Below, piece after piece: positions 30,550 through 40,894 of a DNA stretch of 64,000 nucleotides. The number at the start of each line of letters is the position of its first letter. The first letter of the stretch is position 1. Both the position numbers and the translations under genes were made by a program. The notes beneath the pieces were generated by a model. That model was not told where the DNA came from and did no database searches. It saw only the letters and a list, made by a program, of their open reading frames with translations. The DNA is taken from the NCBI GenBank assembly GCA_963693055.1, contig OY843751.1:4288001-4352000 (forward strand), in the 5' to 3' direction. The DNA comes from a bacterium. Lineage in GTDB: Bacteria > Zhuqueibacterota > Zhuqueibacteria > Residuimicrobiales > Krinioviventaceae.

Positions 30550-33270
30550 TCATCTCCAAACATTAATACGTTCTGCATTTTCTTCAAATTCTGAAGCAAG
30601 TGAATGGATCTTTGATTTTAGCAGTATTTTTCTACCTTCAAGATTACGTGTATAAACCAGTCTGCAATTTCCCACCAATTGCTTCCATTGTTGAGCAAAA
30701 TAATCTGCCGTTTTTTTCTTTCGGCCCAAAATATCAGGCACAGAATGATAATCCTTTTGCGCAAGGATATTAATAAAAAAATTCTTTCTGATTATAATGT
30801 ATCGAGGATTATCAATTGCAGAAACAATCTCAAAAAGAGATTTCGTAAATACGGATTTCTCATAGGTTGTACCCCCAGCAAGATGGCAAAAAATAGCCCC
30901 CTGCTCATCAACAGATGACTTGACTTTTAAAGTAGATGAATTGGTTTGAATATCTCTTGTTTTAATCAATGATAAAAGTAATGCCTCCCCAATTTGCTGA
31001 ATATCTTTAGAAATATCCCGATATTTTAAGAATAATCGAATAGCAGTAAAAGATTGCCATCCAAATAAAAGAACACCTCCAATCCCGGCAAGTATAAACC
31101 ATCTAAATATTTCTTCGGGAGATTTAAAGCTATTGGTAGATCTGAAAAATAAATTTAAAACTTGTTGTGAAAAACCAAGTATTCCGGAACCCAAAACGGC
31201 CAATAAATTTGCAATAGTTTTATTATAGTAAAGAGACTGGATCTTTTTATAATTACGTTCTCGGGGGAATGGGACTTTAATTTCCTCAACTAACTCAATT
31301 CCACAGGATATAGCATCTTGCCACTTTTTATATAGTTTCTCCCTCTTTCCAGCTTCAAGTATTGACAGCTCGTTATATCCATTTATATCATTTGTTACAA
31401 ACTTTTCCGGGAAAAGCAGTCTTTTGACTCCATTTTCCATAGGAGCCTGATCGTTAAAAGAAATTCCAACAAAAGACTTGAATCGTCGTTTCATTAATTG
31501 AACGTCATCTCCACCATCAAATAAAGTAGCATCCACACAAGCTAAATGCCAAATATTACTTGTTTTGTCAGAATTTCTTTTGTCTACACGAATAGCTCGT
31601 CCTCTCATCTGGTTAGAGAGTACAAAAGATCCAACAAAGCTGGCTAGAATCAATGAATTTACAGCAGGGGCATCCCAACCTTCTCCCAATAGTGATTTAG
31701 TACCGATTAATACATTAATTTTTCCTTCTTCAAATATACGGGTAATCAACTGTACCAGGTCCAAATCACCCAAAGTATTGATTATGAAATAATTTTTATC
31801 GTATACAAGAGGGATAATCGTAATTCGTTTTGCTTGAATTGATCCAGCAGCCTCCATTAATGCATCAACAGCTAATTCAGGGATGATAACGAGTGAACCA
31901 GTAAGAACCCCCATTTTTAGACATCTGTCATTTGTACGTCGTAATTTTTCAAATATAGAAAGTACACCAATATTCTTTAGCTCAAGTTTATTTTCTGCTT
32001 CTTGAATTAAATACTCTTTGCGAATAAAATCAGTCAAAATTACCATTCGCAAATCATTCCCCATCGAATCATGTTCAATATCTACGATCCGGTCGATACT
32101 TTCCAGCTTACTTAAAGAACTGCTTAATAAACGATTTATACGTGGATTATCTTCAAACCGGATTGATTTCCGCTCCAGCAAGCCATTACGCTTTAGCTTA
32201 TTTATTATTTTTCCTTTATGTTCTTCAAACTCAAAAAAATGATCTATATCCTGATAAAGATAAAATCCAAGTAATATTTCCATCCAATCAAAGTTTAAAT
32301 CCGGAATTTTAAACTTTTTATCACCAATCACCTCTAAATGCGCTTCAGTTATCTCTTTCCCCGCCGCATTCAAAAATATCAATATAGCAGAATAACATTC
32401 AAGGTTATCATAAATCCATTCCAGATTTTCTAATGGTAATTGAAAAACAGGGTATCTGCTTACTGCATCAATCAACATTGTATCATTTTTCAATTCTTCA
32501 TAAACAAGTAACGTCCGATCTCGTTGCCCGGTAATCATTTCTTTTTCAACATCGGTAGGACTGGATAGATATATATAATCCTGATGAGGGCAAAGATCAT
32601 TTTCTGCCACCAGCTCTGGAATAGAAATTTCCGCATCCACTGGTCCATTCAAATCAATATATCGCTGCCATTCTAAATATGAAACATCATAGGGTGGTGT
32701 TGCAGTTAATCCTACAACGGTTGGTTTTAAAGCATTTTTTACAGCATTGAGAGATTTCCACCACTCATTTTTTAAATGATGCGCTTCATCAACTATAATC
32801 GTTCCTACATTTTGTCCTTCTAATAGCCCTATAATCTCTAAAATGTTACTCTTGACAGAATGACTACGAGCGGCCTCACTTTCATCTTTTTCACAAATAT
32901 CCGTCTTGGCATTAGATTGATGATAGGTACAAGCCGCATGTAATCCCTGATATGTTATAGCAGTAAAGAATTTGGGATTTCGGATATCCGTCGAAATCCA
33001 TTCAGGTATGTCGGGTGTTTGTAGAAATAATTCACAAAAGCGATGTACCCATTGATTCCGTATTGCAAGCGAAGGTGCAAGAATTAATGTTGGCTTATTT
33101 ATTAAAAGGGCAACTTCCAAACCCAATACAGTCTTACCTGAACCAGGCGGTGCAACTATATGTAAATGTTTATCATCAAGATGCCTTTCCAATTCATTCA
33201 AAACTCGTTGTTGATAATTTCTCCATGCAAACTTGAACCGGATATCACTCGGAAATTCGTTCATAATCAA
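30550..33270 (-). CDS. Superfamily II DEAH helicase (ResIII-like) with C-terminal hydrophobic segments
   Basis: APPGSGKT, DEAHH, GLTATP, LLGEGWD and QMRGRAIR, with two hydrophobic stretches near aa 690-750. Confidence 0.85.
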   Translation of the reverse strand: MIMNEFPSDIRFKFAWRNYQQRVLNELERHLDDKHLHIVAPPGSGKTVLGLEVALLINKPTLILAPSLAIRNQWVHRFCELFLQTPDIPEWISTDIRNPKFFTAITYQGLHAACTYHQSNAKTDICEKDESEAARSHSVKSNILEIIGLLEGQNVGTIIVDEAHHLKNEWWKSLNAVKNALKPTVVGLTATPPYDVSYLEWQRYIDLNGPVDAEISIPELVAENDLCPHQDYIYLSSPTDVEKEMITGQRDRTLLVYEELKNDTMLIDAVSRYPVFQLPLENLEWIYDNLECYSAILIFLNAAGKEITEAHLEVIGDKKFKIPDLNFDWMEILLGFYLYQDIDHFFEFEEHKGKIINKLKRNGLLERKSIRFEDNPRINRLLSSSLSKLESIDRIVDIEHDSMGNDLRMVILTDFIRKEYLIQEAENKLELKNIGVLSIFEKLRRTNDRCLKMGVLTGSLVIIPELAVDALMEAAGSIQAKRITIIPLVYDKNYFIINTLGDLDLVQLITRIFEEGKINVLIGTKSLLGEGWDAPAVNSLILASFVGSFVLSNQMRGRAIRVDKRNSDKTSNIWHLACVDATLFDGGDDVQLMKRRFKSFVGISFNDQAPMENGVKRLLFPEKFVTNDINGYNELSILEAGKREKLYKKWQDAISCGIELVEEIKVPFPRERNYKKIQSLYYNKTIANLLAVLGSGILGFSQQVLNLFFRSTNSFKSPEEIFRWFILAGIGGVLLFGWQSFTAIRLFLKYRDISKDIQQIGEALLLSLIKTRDIQTNSSTLKVKSSVDEQGAIFCHLAGGTTYEKSVFTKSLFEIVSAIDNPRYIIIRKNFFINILAQKDYHSVPDILGRKKKTADYFAQQWKQLVGNCRLVYTRNLEGRKILLKSKIHSLASEFEENAERINVWR

Positions 33271-33459
33271 ATCACTTTAAAATAATTTTTCTGTATTTTA
33301 ATTTTGATAATTACAAAAAATGCATCATTCCCATAATACAACATATCAAAAATTCTATCTGCATTAATCTACGCGTGCCTGACTATGGGCGGATTCATTT
33401 GTGGTTAAATATTATCCCCTATCGCTTTGCTGATAAAACAACAAATCCCCGTTAATATA

Positions 33460-34998
33460 TTATTTTCTTGCGTCGCTCTCTTTTTCAGCTTTTAATCCCT
33501 GTTCGGTAAAATCTTCCTGTTCAGGAGTACCGTACGCGCGCAGAATGCGTCTTATCATCTCGGTTGTAGACATTCCCTCAACCCCTGGCAACAGCGCAAT
33601 AGCGCCGTTATAGCTTTCAACCAGTTTACGCTCTTCCTGGTTAATGGTATCCAGCGTATAATCTCCACCCTTGGCATAAACATCCGGTTTTAACGTTTCT
33701 ATCATCCCTACGGGAGAATAATCATCAAACACCACCACATAGTCCACAAATCCCAAAGAGGACAAAACCTTGGCGCGCTCGTTTTCTTCCATCACAGGAC
33801 GTAAAACACCCTTAATCTTTTGTACCGAAGCGTCACTGTTTAATCCCACAACCAGAATATCTCCCAATGCCTTGGCCTTTTCCAGATAAATCACATGGCC
33901 TGCATGCAGAATATCGTAACAGCCATTGGTCCAGACAACCTTTTTACCCTCAACCTTGGCCTTGTTTACAATTTTTTTCAATTGTTCAAGATTTACATGT
34001 TTTTTAGTCGTATCGTTCAGAGCTAGCCGTTTTGCTGCGGTTAAAACATCCGAACTTTTAAATACATGATACCCATTATGGGTCAAGGCAATAGATGCCA
34101 AAAGACTGGCAAATTCTGCTGTCTCTTGTGGCTCAATACCTGCCATCACTCCAGCCGTAACACCACACAAAACCGCCTCATCCGAGCCGTGGTTATCCTG
34201 TATTAATTGTGATTTACCGGGTACATGCAGAACATCCGGTTCACCGGTCACCACACTAATGCCTTCACTCCCCAGCGTCATATAGACCTGTTTACAATTC
34301 AAATGACTGTACAGCCGCTTGGCTAGCTGATCGGATTTATTTTCTTTGCCATTTAAAAGCGATAAAACCGATTTTACATGAGGCACAACAGCATCAAACT
34401 TTTTCAAATCCTCAAGCTGTTCCAATGAATTGCCAATAAAAGGGATCTTTTTACCTTTTGCCAGTTTTTGAACCGCAGTGGTTATTCCGCGGGTCATAAT
34501 ACTTTTATCATGATCTAAAAATACAACGCCATCACATTCATCAATATGAGCTTCTATGTGATCATAAAACATTTCATACTTTTCTTCTGAAAGAGAAACC
34601 GGATCGGTAGAATCAATTTTCAAAATGTCCCGGTCACTATACCTACACCCCTCTACACGTATTTGTGTGCGGCAGGTTGTGCGGTATTCATCATCCAACA
34701 CGGTACATTTGGTGCCAACACCCTGTTTTTTCAATATTCTCAAAAGGTCATTACCTGCGGTATCATTCCCCATAACGGTAAACAAGGTTACCTTGAATCC
34801 CAGGCGTACTAGCAATAAAGCCAAATATCCCGCGGCACCGGGTACCTGGCTGCGATGGTGTTTCTGCACAACAGGTATAGGACCATCGTCAGACAATCGC
34901 TCAACTTCACCATACAGGATCTCACTTAGAAAAACATCACCTATCAGGTAAATGTGTTTGCCTTTGACCTTGTCCAGAATGTTTTGTACCTGCTGCAT
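33460..34998 (-). CDS. hldE: HldE-like bifunctional heptose kinase/adenylyltransferase (kinase half degenerate)
   Basis: The C-terminal WTNGCYDILHAGH, GLNSDAS and KGGDY motifs are intact. The N-terminal PfkB-like region has altered motifs. Confidence 0.75.
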   Translation of the reverse strand: MQQVQNILDKVKGKHIYLIGDVFLSEILYGEVERLSDDGPIPVVQKHHRSQVPGAAGYLALLLVRLGFKVTLFTVMGNDTAGNDLLRILKKQGVGTKCTVLDDEYRTTCRTQIRVEGCRYSDRDILKIDSTDPVSLSEEKYEMFYDHIEAHIDECDGVVFLDHDKSIMTRGITTAVQKLAKGKKIPFIGNSLEQLEDLKKFDAVVPHVKSVLSLLNGKENKSDQLAKRLYSHLNCKQVYMTLGSEGISVVTGEPDVLHVPGKSQLIQDNHGSDEAVLCGVTAGVMAGIEPQETAEFASLLASIALTHNGYHVFKSSDVLTAAKRLALNDTTKKHVNLEQLKKIVNKAKVEGKKVVWTNGCYDILHAGHVIYLEKAKALGDILVVGLNSDASVQKIKGVLRPVMEENERAKVLSSLGFVDYVVVFDDYSPVGMIETLKPDVYAKGGDYTLDTINQEERKLVESYNGAIALLPGVEGMSTTEMIRRILRAYGTPEQEDFTEQGLKAEKESDARK

Positions 34999-35159
34999 GA
35001 AACCTCCAAATAATACAAAAAAGCTTGTAAATTCTCACAACAGTAAAGTTAAAAAGAATTTACTATAACTGCAAATTCTTTATCCCCATTTCAACACACA
35101 GGTTGATTGCAACACCATAAATTAGTATATTATCAGAAATTAACAGGACTTTTTCCAGA

Positions 35160-36539
35160 ATGCAATCAACTGTAATCCAAAGAGTTACCGAATTTTTCAA
35201 TCTAAATGCGCCATTAAAGAGCGGTACAAAGCTCATTGCCGCCCTCTCAGGAGGTATGGACTCTGTGGTAATGCTGCATTGCCTGTTAATGCTTCAAAAA
35301 GACAAACCATTCACACTTTTAGCGGCCCACCTGAACCACCAATTGCGCGGAGACGAATCCGATAGAGATGAATCTTTTGTACAGGATTTATGCAAAGACT
35401 GGCAGGTTAAACTCTATACCTCCCGACAGGATGTAAACGCCTATTGTAAATCTCACAACTGTTCCATCGAAACCGGTGCCCGCGAATGCCGTTATTCATT
35501 TTTCGAGAATATACACACTGATCTGCAAGCTGACTATATTGCCACTGCCCATCATGCGGATGATAATGCCGAAACCGTGCTCGACCGCCTGCTGCGCGGT
35601 AGTGGAACAACCGGCCTTGCAGGGATCCCCCCAAAACGGGATTTTTACATTCGGCCCCTGTTGCAAATCAGCCGCAAAGAGATAGAATCTTATGCCGCTG
35701 AACATCATCTAACCTACAGGACCGATTCAACCAATGCAGATACCCGTTACAAGCGAAACAGGATACGCCATGTGCTGCTGCCCATGCTGCAGCAAGAGTT
35801 TAATCCACAAATTGCAGAGTCAATTAACCGGTTCAGCAGCATAATGCGTGAAACGGATGAACTGGTAAAAAAAGAATCACAAATTGCATTTTCTCAATGT
35901 GTTAGAGAGGCAAGTAAAGATAAAATTATCCTTGATATTTCAGACTTTTTGGCGTACCTTGTTATTTTGCAAAAAGGAATGATTCGGGTAGCACTCGACA
36001 AATTGGATGAGCCCAACGGCATTTCGGATTTTGATCAGTTTGAAAACCTTATCACCTTTATTCGCAAAAACAAGAGTGGAACAAAATTCAGAATATCCTC
36101 AACAACCGGGATATTGATCAGCAGTAACGAACTTGTTATCGGACATGAACCCGAACAACATGAATCCGTTACAATACACGCTGCCCCGGGAAAATATCCA
36201 TTCTGGAATGGACAAATTCTTGAAATAAAAGAAGCGATAAAACCGTTAGAATTTCAGAACAAAACAAACACACAAGAATGGATAGATGCAGACAAATTAT
36301 TGGAACCCTTGGTCATACGCACCGTAAAAGACGGTGACCGGTTTACACCTGTTAATTTTCAGGGTAGTAAAAAAGTATCAGACTTTTTTATAGACTTGAA
36401 AATTCCGGTATACCAGAGAAACCAGGTCCCGCTCCTTGAAAGTCGGAGTAAAATTGTTTGGATAGCAGGATATCGACTGGATGATCGTTTCAAAGTAACG
36501 AACAATACCAAAAGAATCTTAAAACTGGAAGTAAAGTGA
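35160..36539 (+). CDS. tilS: tRNA(Ile)-lysidine synthetase
   Basis: ALSGGMDS, TAHHADDNAET, IRPLL, RNRIRH and the C-terminal TilS domain. Confidence 0.95.
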   Translation: MQSTVIQRVTEFFNLNAPLKSGTKLIAALSGGMDSVVMLHCLLMLQKDKPFTLLAAHLNHQLRGDESDRDESFVQDLCKDWQVKLYTSRQDVNAYCKSHNCSIETGARECRYSFFENIHTDLQADYIATAHHADDNAETVLDRLLRGSGTTGLAGIPPKRDFYIRPLLQISRKEIESYAAEHHLTYRTDSTNADTRYKRNRIRHVLLPMLQQEFNPQIAESINRFSSIMRETDELVKKESQIAFSQCVREASKDKIILDISDFLAYLVILQKGMIRVALDKLDEPNGISDFDQFENLITFIRKNKSGTKFRISSTTGILISSNELVIGHEPEQHESVTIHAAPGKYPFWNGQILEIKEAIKPLEFQNKTNTQEWIDADKLLEPLVIRTVKDGDRFTPVNFQGSKKVSDFFIDLKIPVYQRNQVPLLESRSKIVWIAGYRLDDRFKVTNNTKRILKLEVK

Positions 36540-37087
36540 ACAAATCATCAGAATTCTACAAAGCCAGGTACGAAAACAAATTCAGAGAACTGCTAACTAA
36601 AGACGCTATCCAATCACGTATTGAAGAATTGGGTACACAGATCACACAGGATTATGCGGACAAGGACCCGATTCTCATCGGTGTATTAAACGGATGTTTT
36701 ATCTTTTTTTCAGACCTTGTACGCCAGGTTGAACTGGATCTTGAAATTGATTTTATCAAGCTGTCCAGCTATGGCGATGCAAAAATTTCTTCTGGCAAGG
36801 TTACTGTTTTAAAAGATATTAATGCTGATTTAAAAGACCGTCATGTATTAATTGTTGAAGATATTGTAGACACCGGGTTATCAATAAGGTACCTGAGAAA
36901 CAAACTGCTGCAGTTTAATCCTGCTTCTTTAAAATTTGTTTCTCTGCTGTACAAAGAAAATAATGCTGACCTGGACTTTGATATCGATTATGTGGGATTT
37001 AATATACCCAATGAATTTGTTGTAGGATATGGACTGGATTATAAACAGATTTTACGTAATTTACCCGCAGTGTATGTAATGGAATAA
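36536..37087 (+). CDS. hpt: Hypoxanthine phosphoribosyltransferase
   Basis: LIVEDIVDTG and FVVGYGLDY, in tilS-hpt-ftsH synteny. Confidence 0.95.
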   Translation: MNKSSEFYKARYENKFRELLTKDAIQSRIEELGTQITQDYADKDPILIGVLNGCFIFFSDLVRQVELDLEIDFIKLSSYGDAKISSGKVTVLKDINADLKDRHVLIVEDIVDTGLSIRYLRNKLLQFNPASLKFVSLLYKENNADLDFDIDYVGFNIPNEFVVGYGLDYKQILRNLPAVYVME

Positions 37088-37102
37088 AATAAGAATCGAC
37101 TT

Positions 37103-39157
37103 ATGGAAAACGAAAAAAACAACATATTCAACAAATCCAATAAACCATCCAAAGGTTCGGATAATAATCCAAACAAATCCGGCGGTCCTCAGGGCCAAAA
37201 ACCGGAAGGGCCGCAGTGGAAAAAAGCTTCACGCAATCTGCTGTTTTGGATCGGTTTATTTATTGTTGCAATCATTATCTCTCAACAGATTACAACACAA
37301 CGCCAGCAAGAGCAGATTATAAAATTTAACCGCTTTATGGAACTGCTGCATGATGGCAAAGTGGAAAGTATTCTGGTTGAAGATACTATTCTTTATGGAA
37401 AATTTAAGGGATCAGATCCGGACAACCCTGAAAGTACAGCTACAAATTTCAGAGTGAATCTGCCGCCAGCCAGACTGGATTTTGAAACCATTGAAAAATG
37501 GCGCAGCGACTATGATCTCAAAGAAATGGATTTTAAACAACATACCCCGGGCGTTTGGGGTTACCTGTTTACAGCTCTGCCATGGCTCCTGCTCATAGGA
37601 TTCTGGATTTTCTTGATCCGCCGTATGCAGGGTGGCGGTGGTTCCAAAGGTATCTTTAGTTTTGGTAAATCTCGAGCCCGCATGTTTACTGAAAATTTCC
37701 CCAAAGTTACATTTAACGATGTAGCTGGTGCGGATGAAGCCAAAGTGGAACTACAAGAGATCATTGAATTTTTAAAAGAACCTGAAAGATTCCAAAAATT
37801 GGGCGGCAAAATCCCCAAAGGCGCTTTATTATTAGGCCCTCCGGGCACCGGCAAAACCCTGCTGGCAAAAGCAGTTGCCGGTGAGGCCGGTGTGCCCTTT
37901 TTTAGCATGTCTGGTGCCGACTTTGTGGAAATGTTTGTCGGTGTAGGTGCATCCCGCGTACGTGATCTTTTTGAAAATGGCAAGAAAAATGCCCCATGCA
38001 TCATCTTTATTGACGAGTTGGATGCCGTGGGCCGTCATCGTGGCGCCGGTCTTGGTGGCGGTCATGATGAGCGCGAACAAACACTGAACCAACTTTTGGT
38101 TGAAATGGACGGATTTGAATCTACAGAAGGTGTAATTCTGGTTGCGGCTACAAACCGCCCCGATGTTCTCGATTCAGCGCTGCTGCGTCCCGGTCGTTTC
38201 GACAGACAGATCGTAGTAGACCGCCCCGATGTCCGCGGTCGCGAAGGTATTCTCAAAGTACATTCCCGCAAAATCCCCATTGCTAAAAATGTAGATATGA
38301 ACATCCTGGCCAAGGGTACACCCGGTTTTTCAGGTGCAGATCTGGCCAATATGGTGAATGAAGCTGCATTGTTGGCTGCTCGTAAAAACAAGACCAAAGT
38401 TGAAATGCAAGACTTTGAAGAAGCCAAAGACAAAGTAATGATGGGTACCGAACGAAAAAGCATGCTCATCAGTGAAAAGGAAAAAGAAAGCACAGCCTAT
38501 CACGAAGCCGGTCACGTACTGGTTGCGCGTCTGACCCCAGGCTCTGATCCTGTCCACAAGGTTACCATTATACCTCGAGGACGTGCTTTGGGTGCTACCA
38601 TGACGCTTCCCCTGGATGAAAAACACAATTACTCGCGTACCTATTGTTTGGCATTATTACGTCATCTGTTTGGTGGACGTGAAGCGGAAAAACTCATCTT
38701 TAACGAATTGACAACCGGTGCAGGCGATGATCTGAAACGCGCTACCGAATTGGCACGTAAAATGGTTTGTGAATGGGGTATGAGCGACAAATTGGGTCCC
38801 ATCACCTATGGTGAAAAACAGGAAGAGATCTTTTTGGGTCGCGAAATTGCACAGCACCGTGATTACAGTGAACAAACCGCACAACTGATCGATTCAGAGA
38901 TCAAAAAACTGGTTGATGATGCCATTACGGATGTTCAAAAGTTACTTAGTGATAATAAAGATAAACTGGAAGATATTACCCAGGCTCTGCTGATACGCGA
39001 ATGTCTGGATGGCGAAGAAATAGAAAAAATTATGAATGGCGAAGAATTGCCGCCTTTTGATAATGGCAAGAAAAAGAAAGCCACCAAAAAGAAAGAACCC
39101 AAAGGAAAAAAAGAGCCTAAAACTGATCCTGAAGCAGATCAGAATACTGAAGAATAA
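37103..39157 (+). CDS. ftsH: ATP-dependent zinc metalloprotease FtsH
   Basis: Two TM helices, [22 protein letters not shown] and HEAGH. Confidence 0.98.
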   Translation: MENEKNNIFNKSNKPSKGSDNNPNKSGGPQGQKPEGPQWKKASRNLLFWIGLFIVAIIISQQITTQRQQEQIIKFNRFMELLHDGKVESILVEDTILYGKFKGSDPDNPESTATNFRVNLPPARLDFETIEKWRSDYDLKEMDFKQHTPGVWGYLFTALPWLLLIGFWIFLIRRMQGGGGSKGIFSFGKSRARMFTENFPKVTFNDVAGADEAKVELQEIIEFLKEPERFQKLGGKIPKGALLLGPPGTGKTLLAKAVAGEAGVPFFSMSGADFVEMFVGVGASRVRDLFENGKKNAPCIIFIDELDAVGRHRGAGLGGGHDEREQTLNQLLVEMDGFESTEGVILVAATNRPDVLDSALLRPGRFDRQIVVDRPDVRGREGILKVHSRKIPIAKNVDMNILAKGTPGFSGADLANMVNEAALLAARKNKTKVEMQDFEEAKDKVMMGTERKSMLISEKEKESTAYHEAGHVLVARLTPGSDPVHKVTIIPRGRALGATMTLPLDEKHNYSRTYCLALLRHLFGGREAEKLIFNELTTGAGDDLKRATELARKMVCEWGMSDKLGPITYGEKQEEIFLGREIAQHRDYSEQTAQLIDSEIKKLVDDAITDVQKLLSDNKDKLEDITQALLIRECLDGEEIEKIMNGEELPPFDNGKKKKATKKKEPKGKKEPKTDPEADQNTEE

Positions 39158-39177
39158 TAAAATATAACACATGTATT

Positions 39178-39211
39178 AAAGCCGGTAAAAAATTTTTTAT
39201 CGGCTTTTTTT
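39178..39211 (+). terminator. Intrinsic terminator after ftsH
   Basis: AAAGCCGGTAAAA...TTTTATCGGCTTT followed by a T-run. Confidence 0.75.
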
Positions 39212-39217
39212 ATATTG

Positions 39218-39246
39218 TTGAATTTTTAAGCAATTAGAATTATATT
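39218..39246 (+). promoter_or_regulatory. Sigma70-like promoter for folP
   Basis: TTGAAT-17bp-TATATT, ending 5 nt before the ATG. Confidence 0.45.
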
Positions 39247-39251
39247 CTTTT

Positions 39252-40091
39252 ATGAGTAAAAGCAAAAAGTTTTGGGAAATCCGGAACAACACGCTGGACC
39301 TTGCACAAAACACACTGATAATGGGCATCATCAACACCACCCCGGATTCTTTTTCCGATGGTGGCAAATTCAACTCGGTTGATTCAGCAGTTGAACATGC
39401 CTACCGGCTACAGCAGCAAGGTGTAGATATTCTCGACATAGGCGGCGAATCCACTCGTCCCGGTGCTGATCCCGTTTCCGAACAACAAGAACTGGACAGG
39501 GTAATTCCTGTAATTGAGAGATTAAAAGATATTTCAATCCCCATTTCTGTTGACACCTGGAAATCGGGTATCGCTAAACACGCACTGGATGCCGGAGCTC
39601 ATATAGTAAACGACATCAGCGGCCTGCATTTTGACCCTGAAATGGCCAAGGTCGTAGCTGAATACCAAGCCGGACTGGTAGTAATGCATACCAAAGGTAC
39701 TCCGCGAAACATGCAAAGTAATCCAGTTTACAAGGAATTGATTGCAGAAATCAAAACCTATTTACAAAATTCGTTGCAGATTGCACTCAATGCGGGTATA
39801 TCTAAACAACAAATTGTTATTGATCCCGGAATTGGGTTTGGTAAAACGCTGGAAGATAATTTCAAGATCATTCGCGAACTAAAATCTTTTAAAGATCTTG
39901 ATTTGCCCATACTTTTGGGTCCATCGCGAAAATCTTTTATAGGTAACACATTAAACCTTCCACCAGATCAACGGTTAGAAGGTACAATTGCGGCTATAAC
40001 CGCGGGAATTTTGAATGGTGCAGATATTGTTCGTGTTCATGATGTACTTGAATGCAAACGTGCTGCAATAATTGCTGATAAAATTAAATGA
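39252..40091 (+). CDS. folP: Dihydropteroate synthase
   Basis: NTTPDSFSDGG, GGESTRPG, DPGIGFGK, SRKSF and VRVHDV. Confidence 0.96.
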   Translation: MSKSKKFWEIRNNTLDLAQNTLIMGIINTTPDSFSDGGKFNSVDSAVEHAYRLQQQGVDILDIGGESTRPGADPVSEQQELDRVIPVIERLKDISIPISVDTWKSGIAKHALDAGAHIVNDISGLHFDPEMAKVVAEYQAGLVVMHTKGTPRNMQSNPVYKELIAEIKTYLQNSLQIALNAGISKQQIVIDPGIGFGKTLEDNFKIIRELKSFKDLDLPILLGPSRKSFIGNTLNLPPDQRLEGTIAAITAGILNGADIVRVHDVLECKRAAIIADKIK

Positions 40092-40100
40092 TAGCATTAT

Positions 40101-40889
40101 ATGTTTGTCCTCTTTAAAATAGGATTTTTACCTGTAACCATAATGGACATATTGGACATTATGGTCATGTCCTTTATTATCCACAAGGTCTACAACTTTT
40201 TGCGTGGTACCCGTGGCGTGCAAATGCTGGTGGGCCTGGTTATACTGATCATCTTTTCTGGTCTGGCCCCTATGTTCCAGATGAAAGGGCTTACCTGGAT
40301 TTTTGAAAACCTGCGCACCATTTGGCTCATTGCGTTTGTAATCCTTTTTCAACCTGAATTGAGACGAATTCTTATCTATATTGGTCAAAACCGGGTTGTC
40401 CGTGCCCTGGTTAAAGTCTCTGACAGTAAAGTAGTGGACGAAGTTGTAAAAGCAACCGTAGCTCTGCACGATCGTGGCTATGGCGCACTTATTGTGTTGG
40501 GTCGTGAAACAGGTTTGCGAACCATTAATGAAACCGGTGTTATGATCCAGGCCGAAGTTTCAGAACAATTGATTTTATCTATTTTTAATCCCAGATCACC
40601 CTTGCACGACGGCGCTATTATCATCCAAAACGACATAATTGATGCCGCCAAGTGTATTCTCCCCATCTCTGAGGAAAACCAGGCAAAAACCGAGTACGGT
40701 ACACGTCACAAAGCCGCACTAACCATGTCAGAAGAATCAGATGCTATGGTCATTGTAGTTTCAGAAGAAACCGGAAAAATTTCTGTCGCAATTGATGGTA
40801 GATTCCAAACTGATCTCAATGCGGAATCACTTGAACATATTATTATCGAGGGTTACAGGTACGGTAACACCAATATTGAAAAGTCCTGA
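40101..40889 (+). CDS. cdaA: Diadenylate cyclase CdaA/DacA
   Basis: Three TM helices, FQPELRR, PLHDGA, GTRHKAA and VSEETG. Confidence 0.92.
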   Translation: MFVLFKIGFLPVTIMDILDIMVMSFIIHKVYNFLRGTRGVQMLVGLVILIIFSGLAPMFQMKGLTWIFENLRTIWLIAFVILFQPELRRILIYIGQNRVVRALVKVSDSKVVDEVVKATVALHDRGYGALIVLGRETGLRTINETGVMIQAEVSEQLILSIFNPRSPLHDGAIIIQNDIIDAAKCILPISEENQAKTEYGTRHKAALTMSEESDAMVIVVSEETGKISVAIDGRFQTDLNAESLEHIIIEGYRYGNTNIEKS

Positions 40890-40894
40890 TCCTT

